From an uncultured Candidatus Binatia bacterium (GTDB lineage: Bacteria; Desulfobacterota; Binatia; Bin18): 64,000 bases of DNA. This document shows positions 50,254 to 59,799 of this stretch, in pieces. The first letter of the stretch is position 1. Each line of letters starts with the position of its first letter. Both the position numbers and the translations under genes were made by a program. A model generated the notes under the pieces. That model saw only the letters and a program-made list of their open reading frames with translations, was not told where the DNA came from and ran no database searches. The stretch spans positions 3,616,001 through 3,680,000 of the forward strand of contig OZ243961.1 of assembly GCA_965214605.1 (NCBI GenBank). Reading direction: 5' to 3'.

Positions 50254-50916
50254 TCAGACCTGAAAGTCGAGCTGCTCTAAGCCGTAGGATTCTCCGAGGG
50301 TTGCGTGTAGCAGGGCGTTGAGCTTATCAATTTTCCGCTCGCGGAGATAGTCGAGCAGGGGAGAATTGACAAGAGCGTGCAGACGTTGCCCACGTTCCTG
50401 GCTCGACAGGCGAGTCTGAGCTACTCGCTCTCGGACCCGGGCTAGCAGTTGCAGTGCCTCGGCGTACTCTGGACCAAAGTCTGTGGATAGCTGGTGGCGG
50501 ATTTTTTTTGCCATGGCCGGACTAGTGCCCTCGGTGGAAACGGCAATCTTCAAATTGCCCTGGGAGACAACGGCGGGAACGATAAACGAGCACAGGGCCG
50601 GGCGATCAGCAACGTTCAGCAACACTCCGGCGGCACGTGCTTCAGTGGCTAAGCGGCGGTGCAGGCTCTCGTCCGAGGTCGCCGCAAACACGAGACCAAA
50701 ACCTCGCATATCGCCGCTTTGGTATGGACGAGACTCGGTCTTGATCCGCAACTCGGCAGCCCATACACCGAGCTGCGGGGTTAGGGTCGGGCTAATCACG
50801 CTGACCCGGGCCTGGGCGTCGAGTAAAGCTGTCACTTTCCGCTCAGCAACACTCCCTCCCCCGACGACTAAACACGGCTGATCGCTGAGATCAACAAAAA
50901 TTGGATAATAGCCCAT
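50254..50916 (-). CDS. precorrin-2 dehydrogenase/sirohydrochlorin ferrochelatase (SirC/CysG N-terminal type)
   Basis: YYPIFVDL..VVGGGSVAERK, NVADRP..CSF, AVSTEGTSP. Confidence 0.92.
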   Translation of the reverse strand: MGYYPIFVDLSDQPCLVVGGGSVAERKVTALLDAQARVSVISPTLTPQLGVWAAELRIKTESRPYQSGDMRGFGLVFAATSDESLHRRLATEARAAGVLLNVADRPALCSFIVPAVVSQGNLKIAVSTEGTSPAMAKKIRHQLSTDFGPEYAEALQLLARVRERVAQTRLSSQERGQRLHALVNSPLLDYLRERKIDKLNALLHATLGESYGLEQLDFQV

Positions 50917-51008
50917 AGCGATTCGTGCCGGATAGCAAGGTAGGCCAAAACGCTAGCATAACCAAAAAAGCAGGGGAATGACCCCGCGCTAGGGCGGGGT
51001 GCTAGCCC

Positions 51009-52727
51009 TCAGTAAGTCAGTGGCACGCGCAAGGTCTGGCCGACCTGTAGGAAGTGGGGGTTCCGGATCCCGTTCAGGCGCTTGAGCGCGGTGACAGTCG
51101 TCCGGTAGCGCTGGGCAATGGCGCCAAGGGTTTGGCCGCGCCGGACCTTGTGGGAGACGTAGCCGCCGGGCAAGCGCAGCTGCTGGCCGGGGTAAATGGT
51201 ATTCACCCGCTTGATGTCGTTGAGTTCCTTGAGGGTGGCGACGCTGGTCCGGTAGCGCTGGGCGATGGCGTCGAGGGTCTGGCCGCGCTGAACCGTATGA
51301 AGATGCTCTGAAGGGTTCGGCTGGGGGGGCTGGGAGGCTGGGGGGCTGGTAACAGACGCTTGAGCGGTAGCGATCGTGTCGTTGGGCTGGGGCAACAACA
51401 GACGCTGCCCGGCCCTAATAAAATTAGCATTCTGTATAGAGTTGAGCCGTTGCAGTGTCTTGACGCTAGTCCCGTGGCGCTGCGCGATGACGGCCAAGGT
51501 CTGGCCGGGACGAACGGTATGGCTCGTGCTGTCTAAAGCCGCATACTGGCGACGGAACTGCTCAGTCGTGCCGTCCGGGATACGCAGCTGGTAGCCCCTG
51601 GGGATTGAGCGTCTGCCCTGGCGGATAGATCTCCCCAGGGCGGGATTGAGCTCAATCAGCTGCTCGGTCGAGATGTTGGCGCAGCGCGCCGCGACCCCTA
51701 GCGGCAGATAGCTGGCGAGGGCCACCTCGTCGTAGCGAAGCGGGGCCTCGCGTTTGAAGTCGCCAAAGTAGTTGGCTGCATTTTTTTCAACTTCGACCGC
51801 GGCCAGAAACTCGGCGTAGAAATTGCGCGAGGCAAAACCGAAGGTGCGGCTTTTGTAGGAACGGATGATACGGACAATATCGGTGCTGCCGACCTGCCGG
51901 ACCGCTCTGACCATGCCGGCCCGACCGTGGTTGTAGGCGGTGATGGCCAACGGCCAGGTGCCGAGTCTTTCATAGTTGGCTTTGAGCAGCTTGGCCGCGG
52001 CCCGGGCCGAGATGAATGGGTCGCGACGCTCGTCAATTAGCCCGGTGATCTGCATGAACTGCCGCCCGGTCGAGGGCATAAACTGCCACACACCAGCGGC
52101 CCCGGCTCTGGAGTAGGCGTGGATGTTGAACGTTGATTCGACTAGTGGCAGTCGGGTCAGTTCAGTCGGCAGGCCGGCACGTCGGAAGATTGCCTCTATC
52201 TCGTCCATATACCGGCCCGATATTTGAAGCCCACGGCGGAACTTTTCCCGGATGCCGGTTTGCGCCCGGACCCGCCCCTCGGCCGCAGCTCGAAGAAACT
52301 TGTTTGACTCGCTGACCGTGCTGAAGAGCCGTCGAAGCTGTTGTTCTTCAGCCGTCAGTCGGCCCTTATTCGTCGAGCGGTGCAGTTTGCGTAGAGTCGT
52401 CCGGATGTTTTTGCTCTCGCGTTTGATGCGCTTTTTTCTGAGGCGGGCAAAGGTATGCGGCGGCCGGTCCTTGTAGCTTTCGTGCAGGGACCGGAAGTCC
52501 AGCGTCTTGTAGACTAGCATATGGACGTTGTCGTGCAGAATGACGGTGTGTTTGGAGGTGGTGAACACCTGCTGCCAGAAGTTGACCTGTGGTCTGAGTT
52601 CTGGAGGGGCGGGGAAAGGCTGGGACGGAGTGGGTGGGCGGGCAGCCTGTAACCCGCCGGCTGGCAGAACGAGCGCAATTCCGATCAGGACCGCAACAAA
52701 GATCCGTGGCATATCCATCGACTGCAT
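51009..52727 (-). CDS. lytic transglycosylase (SLT domain) with three LysM domains
   Basis: LPLVESTFN..SRAGAAGVWQFMPSTG, DERRDP, AITAYNHG; three H.V..GQTL..IAQR..T repeats. Confidence 0.92.
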   Translation of the reverse strand: MQSMDMPRIFVAVLIGIALVLPAGGLQAARPPTPSQPFPAPPELRPQVNFWQQVFTTSKHTVILHDNVHMLVYKTLDFRSLHESYKDRPPHTFARLRKKRIKRESKNIRTTLRKLHRSTNKGRLTAEEQQLRRLFSTVSESNKFLRAAAEGRVRAQTGIREKFRRGLQISGRYMDEIEAIFRRAGLPTELTRLPLVESTFNIHAYSRAGAAGVWQFMPSTGRQFMQITGLIDERRDPFISARAAAKLLKANYERLGTWPLAITAYNHGRAGMVRAVRQVGSTDIVRIIRSYKSRTFGFASRNFYAEFLAAVEVEKNAANYFGDFKREAPLRYDEVALASYLPLGVAARCANISTEQLIELNPALGRSIRQGRRSIPRGYQLRIPDGTTEQFRRQYAALDSTSHTVRPGQTLAVIAQRHGTSVKTLQRLNSIQNANFIRAGQRLLLPQPNDTIATAQASVTSPPASQPPQPNPSEHLHTVQRGQTLDAIAQRYRTSVATLKELNDIKRVNTIYPGQQLRLPGGYVSHKVRRGQTLGAIAQRYRTTVTALKRLNGIRNPHFLQVGQTLRVPLTY

Positions 52728-52772
52728 GGTTCCTCCTCGACATATTCCCATCCACCTAACCATGCGCTAGGC

Positions 52773-54104
52773 TTAGCGCAGACTGAGCTCCTCCAGCGGT
52801 CCCCTGTCAGATACCGGAGCCGGTGACACACCGGCCTGTAGGGCGACAGATCCCGGTGGACGTTGGTATGAATCGGGCAAGTCTATTTCTTTGGCATACT
52901 CTCGCAGCTCGGGCATGATCTCAGTGGCGATCAGCCGCATGCTCGTCATCCGGTCTTCGTTGCTGACCTTGCCCTGAATATTAAAGAACACAAACACGCC
53001 CGGTCGCAGGATCTGGAGCAGGAGTTTGAGCTTGGGGATGACGGTCTTGGGCGAGCCGATGATAAGCTGGTGGTTGTGCTGCACTTTCTGATAGCCGGAC
53101 AGGAGTTTCTTGCGGACCACGTCGTAGTCGGTCTCCTGGCGCAACTCGCCGTCCTTGGCCTCCCGCAGCTTGTCCGGACTGACGCCTAGCCAACTCCCGC
53201 CCGGATGACGGGCCAGCATCTTGATCGCACCCTTGGAGTTATAGCCCGGCGGCAGAGTATGCTCGGGTCGCGAAAAGGCATTCTGCCCGCCGCCATACAC
53301 AAAATTTCTGCCCAGTTCCTGGGCTTTTTCGTCGGTTTCGGCCACAAAGCTAGGAATCAGATAGCCAAAATTTTCCGGGCCGGCCTGGTAGCCGAGCTTG
53401 GCCGCCTCATCGGCATATATATCCCACAGATCACACGTTGGGCCGAGGGCGGTGCCGAGGCCGATATAGGGGTAGCGGTGCTGGGCGCACCAGCGCACGG
53501 TCTCCGGGCTCAGGACGCCCGGAATCCACATTGGGGGGTGTGGCTTTTGGTAGGGGAGGGCCCACGGGTTAACGTGGCGGTAGTGAAAATGTTTGCCCTC
53601 GTAGCGCCACGGGCCGGGCTTGGTCCAGGCTTGGACGATGAAGTCGTGGGCCTCGTTGAACATTTCGCGGTTGTAGGCCGGATTGGCATTATTAAAAAAC
53701 TGCTCGCTGCCCGCTCCACGCACCCAACCCGTCACCAGCCGCCCGCGCGAGATAAGATCAATCTCGGCCAGTTCCTCAGCCATGCGGAGCGGGTGTTTAA
53801 TGACCGGCAGAGGGTTGCCGATGAGGACGATTTTGACCCTGTTGGTAATACGCGCCAGGATAGACGCCTCGACGTTCATCACGCTGCCCATGCAGAACGG
53901 GTTGCCGTGGTGTTCATTGAGGGCCACCGCGTCAAAGCCCAGCTCCTCGGCGTAGCAGTATTCGTCCAAGAAATAGTTGTAGTCGTCGGCAGCCTTGTGG
54001 CGGTCGAAATGTCGATTCGACAGGGCAAAAAAGGCTTTGTTTTTGAGGACCTCGTCCTCATCGATCCAGCGGTACGGCCGCTCGGTGAAATAGGCGAGTT
54101 TCAT
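52773..54104 (-). CDS. LLM-class flavin-dependent oxidoreductase
   Basis: LNEHH, HPLRMAEELAEIDLISRGRL, PYQKPHPPMW; paralog of 29443-30654. Confidence 0.92.
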   Translation of the reverse strand: MKLAYFTERPYRWIDEDEVLKNKAFFALSNRHFDRHKAADDYNYFLDEYCYAEELGFDAVALNEHHGNPFCMGSVMNVEASILARITNRVKIVLIGNPLPVIKHPLRMAEELAEIDLISRGRLVTGWVRGAGSEQFFNNANPAYNREMFNEAHDFIVQAWTKPGPWRYEGKHFHYRHVNPWALPYQKPHPPMWIPGVLSPETVRWCAQHRYPYIGLGTALGPTCDLWDIYADEAAKLGYQAGPENFGYLIPSFVAETDEKAQELGRNFVYGGGQNAFSRPEHTLPPGYNSKGAIKMLARHPGGSWLGVSPDKLREAKDGELRQETDYDVVRKKLLSGYQKVQHNHQLIIGSPKTVIPKLKLLLQILRPGVFVFFNIQGKVSNEDRMTSMRLIATEIMPELREYAKEIDLPDSYQRPPGSVALQAGVSPAPVSDRGPLEELSLR

Positions 54105-54123
54105 GGTTTCCTCTTGTGCCGGT

Positions 54124-54909
54124 CTATGACGCTAGGTAGGCTTTGACGATTCGGACGAACTCGGCTGAGTTCTCAATTTCTGGTCGATGGCCCACCCCTT
54201 GGATGGTGGCGACCTCAGCATTAGCAATGACTTTTTTATAGGCATCAATACAGCTTTTGGGAACGAGGGCATCGGCACTCCCCCATACCAGCAGGGCGGA
54301 CAAGCCTTTTGCTCCCTCTAGCAGATAGGGCAGGCTAGGATTGTGCATATACGGCTCCCAGCCGATTCGAGCGGCCTCTGCGCGGGCGTCCTCAAACGCC
54401 TCAAACTGCTCCGGAGTCATTTCTCCACCGTAGATATCTCCAAACTCGGGCGTGTTGATATCGGCAACCGTGGCCCGCATGTGGGTGCGGATAGTCAGTG
54501 GGAAGATGTCGGTAATCTCGCCCTCTTCTGGCTTGATACCCATGGGCGCGACCAGGACCAAGTGCTTGAACATGTCGGGATCGGCTGCAACCATTTCGGC
54601 GGCGGCATAGCCACCGGCGGAAAAGGCAATGGCGTCAACCGGCTCCAGGCCCATTTCCCGAATCATGCGGGCGTAAAAACCGCCCAGGTCGCGGTAGGTG
54701 CGTATCCAGTCCACACGTGGGGTCTTGCCGCAGCCCGGCTGTAAGGGAATCACAAACTCATGCTCCTCGGCCAGCGCCTCATTCCATTTGACCCAACCGG
54801 GAAAGCCGAGCTCGTCGTGAAGCATAAAAAGCGGCTTGCCAGAACCACCTCTGATAAGTACAACGTCGGTCCCACCGACATTGACCGTTGTTTCGGTCCA
54901 GTTTGCCAA
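54124..54909 (-). CDS. alpha/beta hydrolase
   Basis: AFSAGG nucleophile elbow, LVWGSADALVP, GHRPEIE; TTG start after AAGGAGG. Confidence 0.85.
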   Translation of the reverse strand: MANWTETTVNVGGTDVVLIRGGSGKPLFMLHDELGFPGWVKWNEALAEEHEFVIPLQPGCGKTPRVDWIRTYRDLGGFYARMIREMGLEPVDAIAFSAGGYAAAEMVAADPDMFKHLVLVAPMGIKPEEGEITDIFPLTIRTHMRATVADINTPEFGDIYGGEMTPEQFEAFEDARAEAARIGWEPYMHNPSLPYLLEGAKGLSALLVWGSADALVPKSCIDAYKKVIANAEVATIQGVGHRPEIENSAEFVRIVKAYLAS

Positions 54910-55037
54910 TGATTTTTCCTCCTTCATCTTTCTATAGAGCTTCCCTGAGTAGCAAATGGGCCTGTGCGCTGTCAACTCACAGGCTCTATGTTAAGGCGTC
55001 TCTTCTCTCGTACCTGGAAGTCAGCTATTAGGAAGAA

Positions 55038-56168
55038 GTGATGCCGCAACTCCCGTTTTCCCGTTTTGAGGTCGTTCGGCCGACCGTTCGACGCATGCAC
55101 GGCTATGTGCCCGGTGAGCAGCCCCAGGAGTTGGACCGCTACATCAAGATCAATTCCAACGAGAATCCCTATCCTCCCTCGCCCCGTGTCTTGCGCGCTC
55201 TCCAAAGGGCGGTTGGATACGACCCACTCCGCCAAAACGTCCCCGATCAACAGGCGCTGCGCATCTATCCGAGTCCTAGTGCCGAAGACGTGCGCACCAA
55301 AGCGGCCGAGGTGTACGGCCTGGAGCCGGACCAGGTCTTGGTCGGCAACGGCTCGGACGACATTCTGACTATGCTGATGAGAACGTGTATTGACCCGGGC
55401 GACCGGGTCGCCTATCCGGTCCCGACCTATAGCCTGTACGACATTCTCGTGGCTATGCAGGACGGCCGGGCCGTCCAGGTGCCCTGGCCTGCGGATTTTT
55501 CCTTGCCGGTCCAGCGGTTGGTCGAGAGTCGGGCCAAGCTCGTCTTTGTTGCCAATCCCAATGCGCCGTTTGGCAATTTCACGTCTCTAGACCAGATCGA
55601 AGCCCTGGCTCAGCAGACCTCGGGTCTTGTTGTTATTGACGAAGCGTATGTGGATTTTGCCGAACAGACTGCGTTGCCTTTTATCGCCCGCTATCCCCAG
55701 GTGTTGATTGTACGGACCCTGTCCAAGTCTTTTTCTCTGGCCGGAATGCGGATCGGCCTGGCGTTTGGTCACCCTGCCCTGCTCGGCGAGCTGCTGAAGG
55801 TCAAGGATTCGTATAATATCAACCGCCTGAGCATGGTGGCGGCGGTAGCGGCGCTTGAGGACTCTGATTGGATGCGGACCAATGTGGCCAAGATCCGGGC
55901 GACGCGCGCACGGCTCGGTGCGGCCCTGCAAAAGCTCGGCTATTACGTCTATCCTTCGCAGGCGAATTTTGTTGTGGCGCGCATGCGTGGGGTCAGTCAG
56001 CGGGCGCTCTACGAGTGGTTGAAAGCACGGCGGATCCTGGTTCGCTATTTTTCCGCCCCCGAACTGAGCGACTGTGTACGTATTTCAATTGGAAGCGACG
56101 AGGACATCGATCAGCTTCTGGCCGCCATACACGAGTTTCTCGGCTCAGAGCAGGGCCGACTAGCGTAG
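55038..56168 (+). CDS. hisC: histidinol-phosphate aminotransferase
   Basis: YVPGEQP, NSNENPYPPS, GNGSDD, NPNAP, DEAYVDF, RTLSKSFSLAGMRIG. Confidence 0.93.
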   Translation: MMPQLPFSRFEVVRPTVRRMHGYVPGEQPQELDRYIKINSNENPYPPSPRVLRALQRAVGYDPLRQNVPDQQALRIYPSPSAEDVRTKAAEVYGLEPDQVLVGNGSDDILTMLMRTCIDPGDRVAYPVPTYSLYDILVAMQDGRAVQVPWPADFSLPVQRLVESRAKLVFVANPNAPFGNFTSLDQIEALAQQTSGLVVIDEAYVDFAEQTALPFIARYPQVLIVRTLSKSFSLAGMRIGLAFGHPALLGELLKVKDSYNINRLSMVAAVAALEDSDWMRTNVAKIRATRARLGAALQKLGYYVYPSQANFVVARMRGVSQRALYEWLKARRILVRYFSAPELSDCVRISIGSDEDIDQLLAAIHEFLGSEQGRLA

Positions 56169-56194
56169 GGTGTTCCAGGCATTAGGGAGACGTC

Positions 56195-57241
56195 ATGAAA
56201 ATCTCACTCTTTCATTTACCCAGCTTTTTTCCCGAGTTTCACGAAAGCGATTACGACTTCTATCAAAACATCCTGCTGGAGACCGACAAGGCCGAGGCGT
56301 ACGGGTTTCATTCGGTCTGGTTTGCTGAACACCATTTTTACAACTACGGCGGCCATATTCCGTCGGTTCCGGTCTTAGGCACGGCCGTGGCCCAGCGGAC
56401 CAAGCGCATCCGGATCGGCTCGGGTATCGCGCTGCTGACGCTGCAAGACCCGATTCGGATTGCGGAGGAATTTGCGATGCTTGACTGCCTGTCGGGAGGG
56501 CGGCTGGAGTTTGGGATTGGCCGCGGCTTCCAAAAGGGGGAGTTTGACGCCTTTGAGCGCGACATGGGCGACAGTCGGCCGCTGTTTGAGGAAGCCCACG
56601 ACATTATTATGAAGGCCTGGACCGAACCCCGTTTCTCTTACCAGGGCAAATTCCGCACGGTCACCAATCTGCAAGTCCTGCCCAAACCGGTCCAAAAACC
56701 GCCCCCCATCTATGTGGCGTGCATCTTCACCCCAGAGTCTTTTGAATGGACTGGCAAACAGGGCTACCATCTCATGGTGGTGCCCTACGCCGCGGCCCAG
56801 CCCGAAGCCTTGATCGGCAAAATCAACCTGTTTCGTGACACGCGGACCGCCCACGGTTATCCGGACGACGCCGAAGTTCTGGGAGTCTACCACTTTTACT
56901 GCGGTGAGACGCCGGAAAAAGCCAGACAGGAGCCGCGGGCGGCCATGATGCGCTACCTCGAATCGGTCCAGGTCGCCAACCCAGAGGCAGCCTACTCTAG
57001 TCAGTACACCGCCTACAAAAACCTGCGCCAAGGCTTCCAGGCGATGGACTACGACAGCTATCTGTATCCCCAGCGGGTTATTTTTGGTGATCCGGACCAG
57101 TGCCTTGAGCGCATTCAACAGATCCAAGCCTCGGGCATAACCAATGTGAGTCTGTTGGCCGACTTTGGCGGCCTGCCCCGGCAACAGATCCTGGACTCGC
57201 TAGATCGGTTTGGCCAGCGCGTCCTGCCGCACCTTAAGTGA
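56195..57241 (+). CDS. LLM-class flavin-dependent oxidoreductase
   Basis: WFAEHHF, DPIRIAEEFAMLDCLSGGRLEFGIGRG, PKPVQKP. Confidence 0.92.
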   Translation: MKISLFHLPSFFPEFHESDYDFYQNILLETDKAEAYGFHSVWFAEHHFYNYGGHIPSVPVLGTAVAQRTKRIRIGSGIALLTLQDPIRIAEEFAMLDCLSGGRLEFGIGRGFQKGEFDAFERDMGDSRPLFEEAHDIIMKAWTEPRFSYQGKFRTVTNLQVLPKPVQKPPPIYVACIFTPESFEWTGKQGYHLMVVPYAAAQPEALIGKINLFRDTRTAHGYPDDAEVLGVYHFYCGETPEKARQEPRAAMMRYLESVQVANPEAAYSSQYTAYKNLRQGFQAMDYDSYLYPQRVIFGDPDQCLERIQQIQASGITNVSLLADFGGLPRQQILDSLDRFGQRVLPHLK

Positions 57242-57254
57242 GAAGGAGACAAAC

Positions 57255-58379
57255 ATGAAAATCCACTATGCAAAAGGGACGGTGCCCAAACAGGCCCACG
57301 TCGCCATTCCTGAAGGGCTGTACGAAGAGGAGCACGGTCGGCAAGGATTTTTTGGTCCGGCCAGCCAGTTCTATCACACCCATCCGCCGACCGATTGGAA
57401 GCGGATTGAGGGACCCCTGCGGCCACGGGCGTTTCATGCCTATGACTTAGTGCCGACCGACCGCGACAGTCCGCGCGGTGAGCCCCTCCGGGTATTGCAC
57501 AACGACGATGTGAGTCTGTCCATCTCGCGCCGCTCAGAACCGATGCCCTACTGCTTTCGTAATGGAGACGGTGACGAGGTCCACTTTATTCATAAAGGCC
57601 GGGGGGTGTTGCAGAGCGATTTTGGGCCGCTGTCGTATGGCGAGGGGGACTATCTGGTGATTCCCAAAGGCACCAATTACCGCACCGTGCCGGCCAGCCG
57701 CGATAACTTCTCGCTGATTATTCAGTCGCGCGGCCCGATCGGCTTTCCCGACCGGGCCGGCGTCGGTCATTATGCGCCGTTTGACTATGACGTGATTGAA
57801 ATTCCTGAGCCCGGACCGGTGACCGAGCAGCGTGCTGAGTGGGAGCTGCGGGTAAAACGGCGTGGCGAGTATACGGCGATCTTTTACGATTTTTGCCCGC
57901 TCGACGTGGTGGGCTGGAAGGGGACTCACTCGGTGTTTAAGTTGAACGTCAAAGACTTTCGGCCGCTGATGAGTGAGGGCGTCCATCTGCCGCCTAGCGC
58001 CCACGGGACGTTTGAGGCCCCGGGATTTGTGATCTGTACCTTTGCCCCGCGTCCGCTTGAGGGCGATCCGCACGCCTTACGCGTGCCCTGGTATCATCGC
58101 AATATCGACTACGACGAGGTGTTTTTTGTCCACAGCGGAGAGTTTACCCTGAGCCGCAAGAGCGGCACCACACCGTATGGGGTGATTTCTCTGAATCCCC
58201 AAGGGCTCCACCACGGGCCGCAGCCCGGGGTATGGGAAAAGAGCGTCAAAAATTGGAAAAAGGACGCCCGACTGGAATTTGTCGCCATCAATCTGGACAC
58301 CGAACAGCCGCTTCACATGACGCAGGCGGCCTATGAGGTCGAGATACCAGGTTACGCCGATCTATGGGCGAAGACATGA
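57255..58379 (+). CDS. hmgA: homogentisate 1,2-dioxygenase family protein
   Basis: EEEHGRQGFFG, FRNGDGDE, DVVGW.G, HLPPSAH, PWYHRNIDYDEV, GLHHGP. Confidence 0.8.
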   Translation: MKIHYAKGTVPKQAHVAIPEGLYEEEHGRQGFFGPASQFYHTHPPTDWKRIEGPLRPRAFHAYDLVPTDRDSPRGEPLRVLHNDDVSLSISRRSEPMPYCFRNGDGDEVHFIHKGRGVLQSDFGPLSYGEGDYLVIPKGTNYRTVPASRDNFSLIIQSRGPIGFPDRAGVGHYAPFDYDVIEIPEPGPVTEQRAEWELRVKRRGEYTAIFYDFCPLDVVGWKGTHSVFKLNVKDFRPLMSEGVHLPPSAHGTFEAPGFVICTFAPRPLEGDPHALRVPWYHRNIDYDEVFFVHSGEFTLSRKSGTTPYGVISLNPQGLHHGPQPGVWEKSVKNWKKDARLEFVAINLDTEQPLHMTQAAYEVEIPGYADLWAKT

Positions 58380-58542
58380 ACATGTGACAGGACAAATCCA
58401 CGGCGGGCCGGGTGAGACCTAACGAGAAGCCAATAGATATCAACGCCGCTGCTGAGAGGGCTGGCGTTTCAGAATTGTCGACACCGGTGGTGGAGTTGGG
58501 AGTCTGAGATGCGTTCTTGACTCTGCAATGAGGAGGGTCCTG

Positions 58543-59391
58543 ATGGCCAATGTTTTCTCCACGATTAACCTGAAGGGAGGCGTTGGAAAAACCACAACCA
58601 CTGTAGCGCTCGCCGAGTTCATGTCGGGCAGACTCAACAAGAAAGTTCTCGTCGTCGATCTCGACCCACAGACAAACGCCACTGTTATGCTGATCGGAGA
58701 GGCAAAATGGCTTGATCTGCATAAGAAAGAATGGACGCTGGCTCGGTTGTTCAAAGACGCGCTCGACCCCAAGGAGAGAAGGTTCGATCTTGATAAGACA
58801 CTTCAGAGACAAGTATCAAACGTGCGGGAAGCGAGGACGATAGACCTGCTTCCATCAAGCCTTGACCTGATCGATGTTCAGGACCGTCTCGTCACGATCC
58901 CGTCTGGTCGATTCCACTCTGTGAACCCTGTAGAGCTTCTGTTGAGATCCGTGAAATCGCGCTTGGATGACTACGATATCGTTATCGTCGATTGCCCGCC
59001 CAATCTCGGTATTATTACGCTTAACGGCTTGCGTATTTCCCGTGGATTCGTAATTCCGACGATTCCGGATGTCTTATCCACCTACGGAATACCGCAGATT
59101 CTGACGCGAGTCCGCCAATTTTCAGAGGAGATAGCCGAAGAAATTGAACCTCTCGGCATTATCGTCACAAAATACCAGAGTAATTCAACAGTCCATGAAA
59201 ACACCGTCAGACAGCTGCGTGCTAAGGGCGATCCACAGGTGTTCAAATCGGTTATTACACAGGCAAATCAGTTCGCGGGAGCTGCTGAGTATTCTGGGCA
59301 GATGACTCTCAAGCAAAAGTGGGGATATCAGGGCCTTGCCAAGCAGTTCGCAAAGCTGGCTTGCGAAGTTGTTGCTACGTTGGAAGGCTAA
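58543..59391 (+). CDS. ParA/Soj-family ATPase
   Basis: INLKGGVGKTT, VDLDPQTNAT, VDCPPNLG; RBS GGAGG before ATG 58543. Confidence 0.9.
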   Translation: MANVFSTINLKGGVGKTTTTVALAEFMSGRLNKKVLVVDLDPQTNATVMLIGEAKWLDLHKKEWTLARLFKDALDPKERRFDLDKTLQRQVSNVREARTIDLLPSSLDLIDVQDRLVTIPSGRFHSVNPVELLLRSVKSRLDDYDIVIVDCPPNLGIITLNGLRISRGFVIPTIPDVLSTYGIPQILTRVRQFSEEIAEEIEPLGIIVTKYQSNSTVHENTVRQLRAKGDPQVFKSVITQANQFAGAAEYSGQMTLKQKWGYQGLAKQFAKLACEVVATLEG

Positions 59392-59394
59392 CAG

Positions 59395-59760
59395 ATGTTG
59401 CTTAAGAAAGCGTTGAGTGATCTGACAAAGGTTGTCAAGGTTGTCAGCGACGAGGCCGAACGGAATCCAGAGTTCGCGAAAAGACTTGAAGAGAGTCTGA
59501 ATCGTGATCATAAGAGAAAGCGCAGAAATCGGCGGGCGCCGGCAGTCCTTGACCCTGTCGCGCTTGCTGCCGAAGGTGAAGATGGACTCCGTTCACAGCT
59601 TGCTAGACTGAACCTCGACCAACTCAAGGACATTGTTGCCGAGTATGGCATGGACCCTAAAAAGTTAGTTATGAGATGGAAGAGGCCGGAGCGGGTGATC
59701 AACGTGATCGTTGAGTCTTCACTAGGGCGAGCTCGCAAGGGTGACGCTTTCCGCTCCTAA
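59395..59760 (+). CDS. small basic hypothetical protein coupled to ParA
   Basis: starts 3 nt after the ParA stop; KRKRRNRR basic patch and helical C-terminus LDQLKDIVAEYGMD. Confidence 0.75.
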   Translation: MLLKKALSDLTKVVKVVSDEAERNPEFAKRLEESLNRDHKRKRRNRRAPAVLDPVALAAEGEDGLRSQLARLNLDQLKDIVAEYGMDPKKLVMRWKRPERVINVIVESSLGRARKGDAFRS

Positions 59761-59799
59761 GCCGTGGTTCGGCTTCGGGTTCTGTGATTCCGACTCCTC

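Noticed and set aside
51098-51295. DNA-level repeats GTCCGGTAGCGCTGGGC.ATGGCG
   Set aside because: Explained by tandem LysM domains
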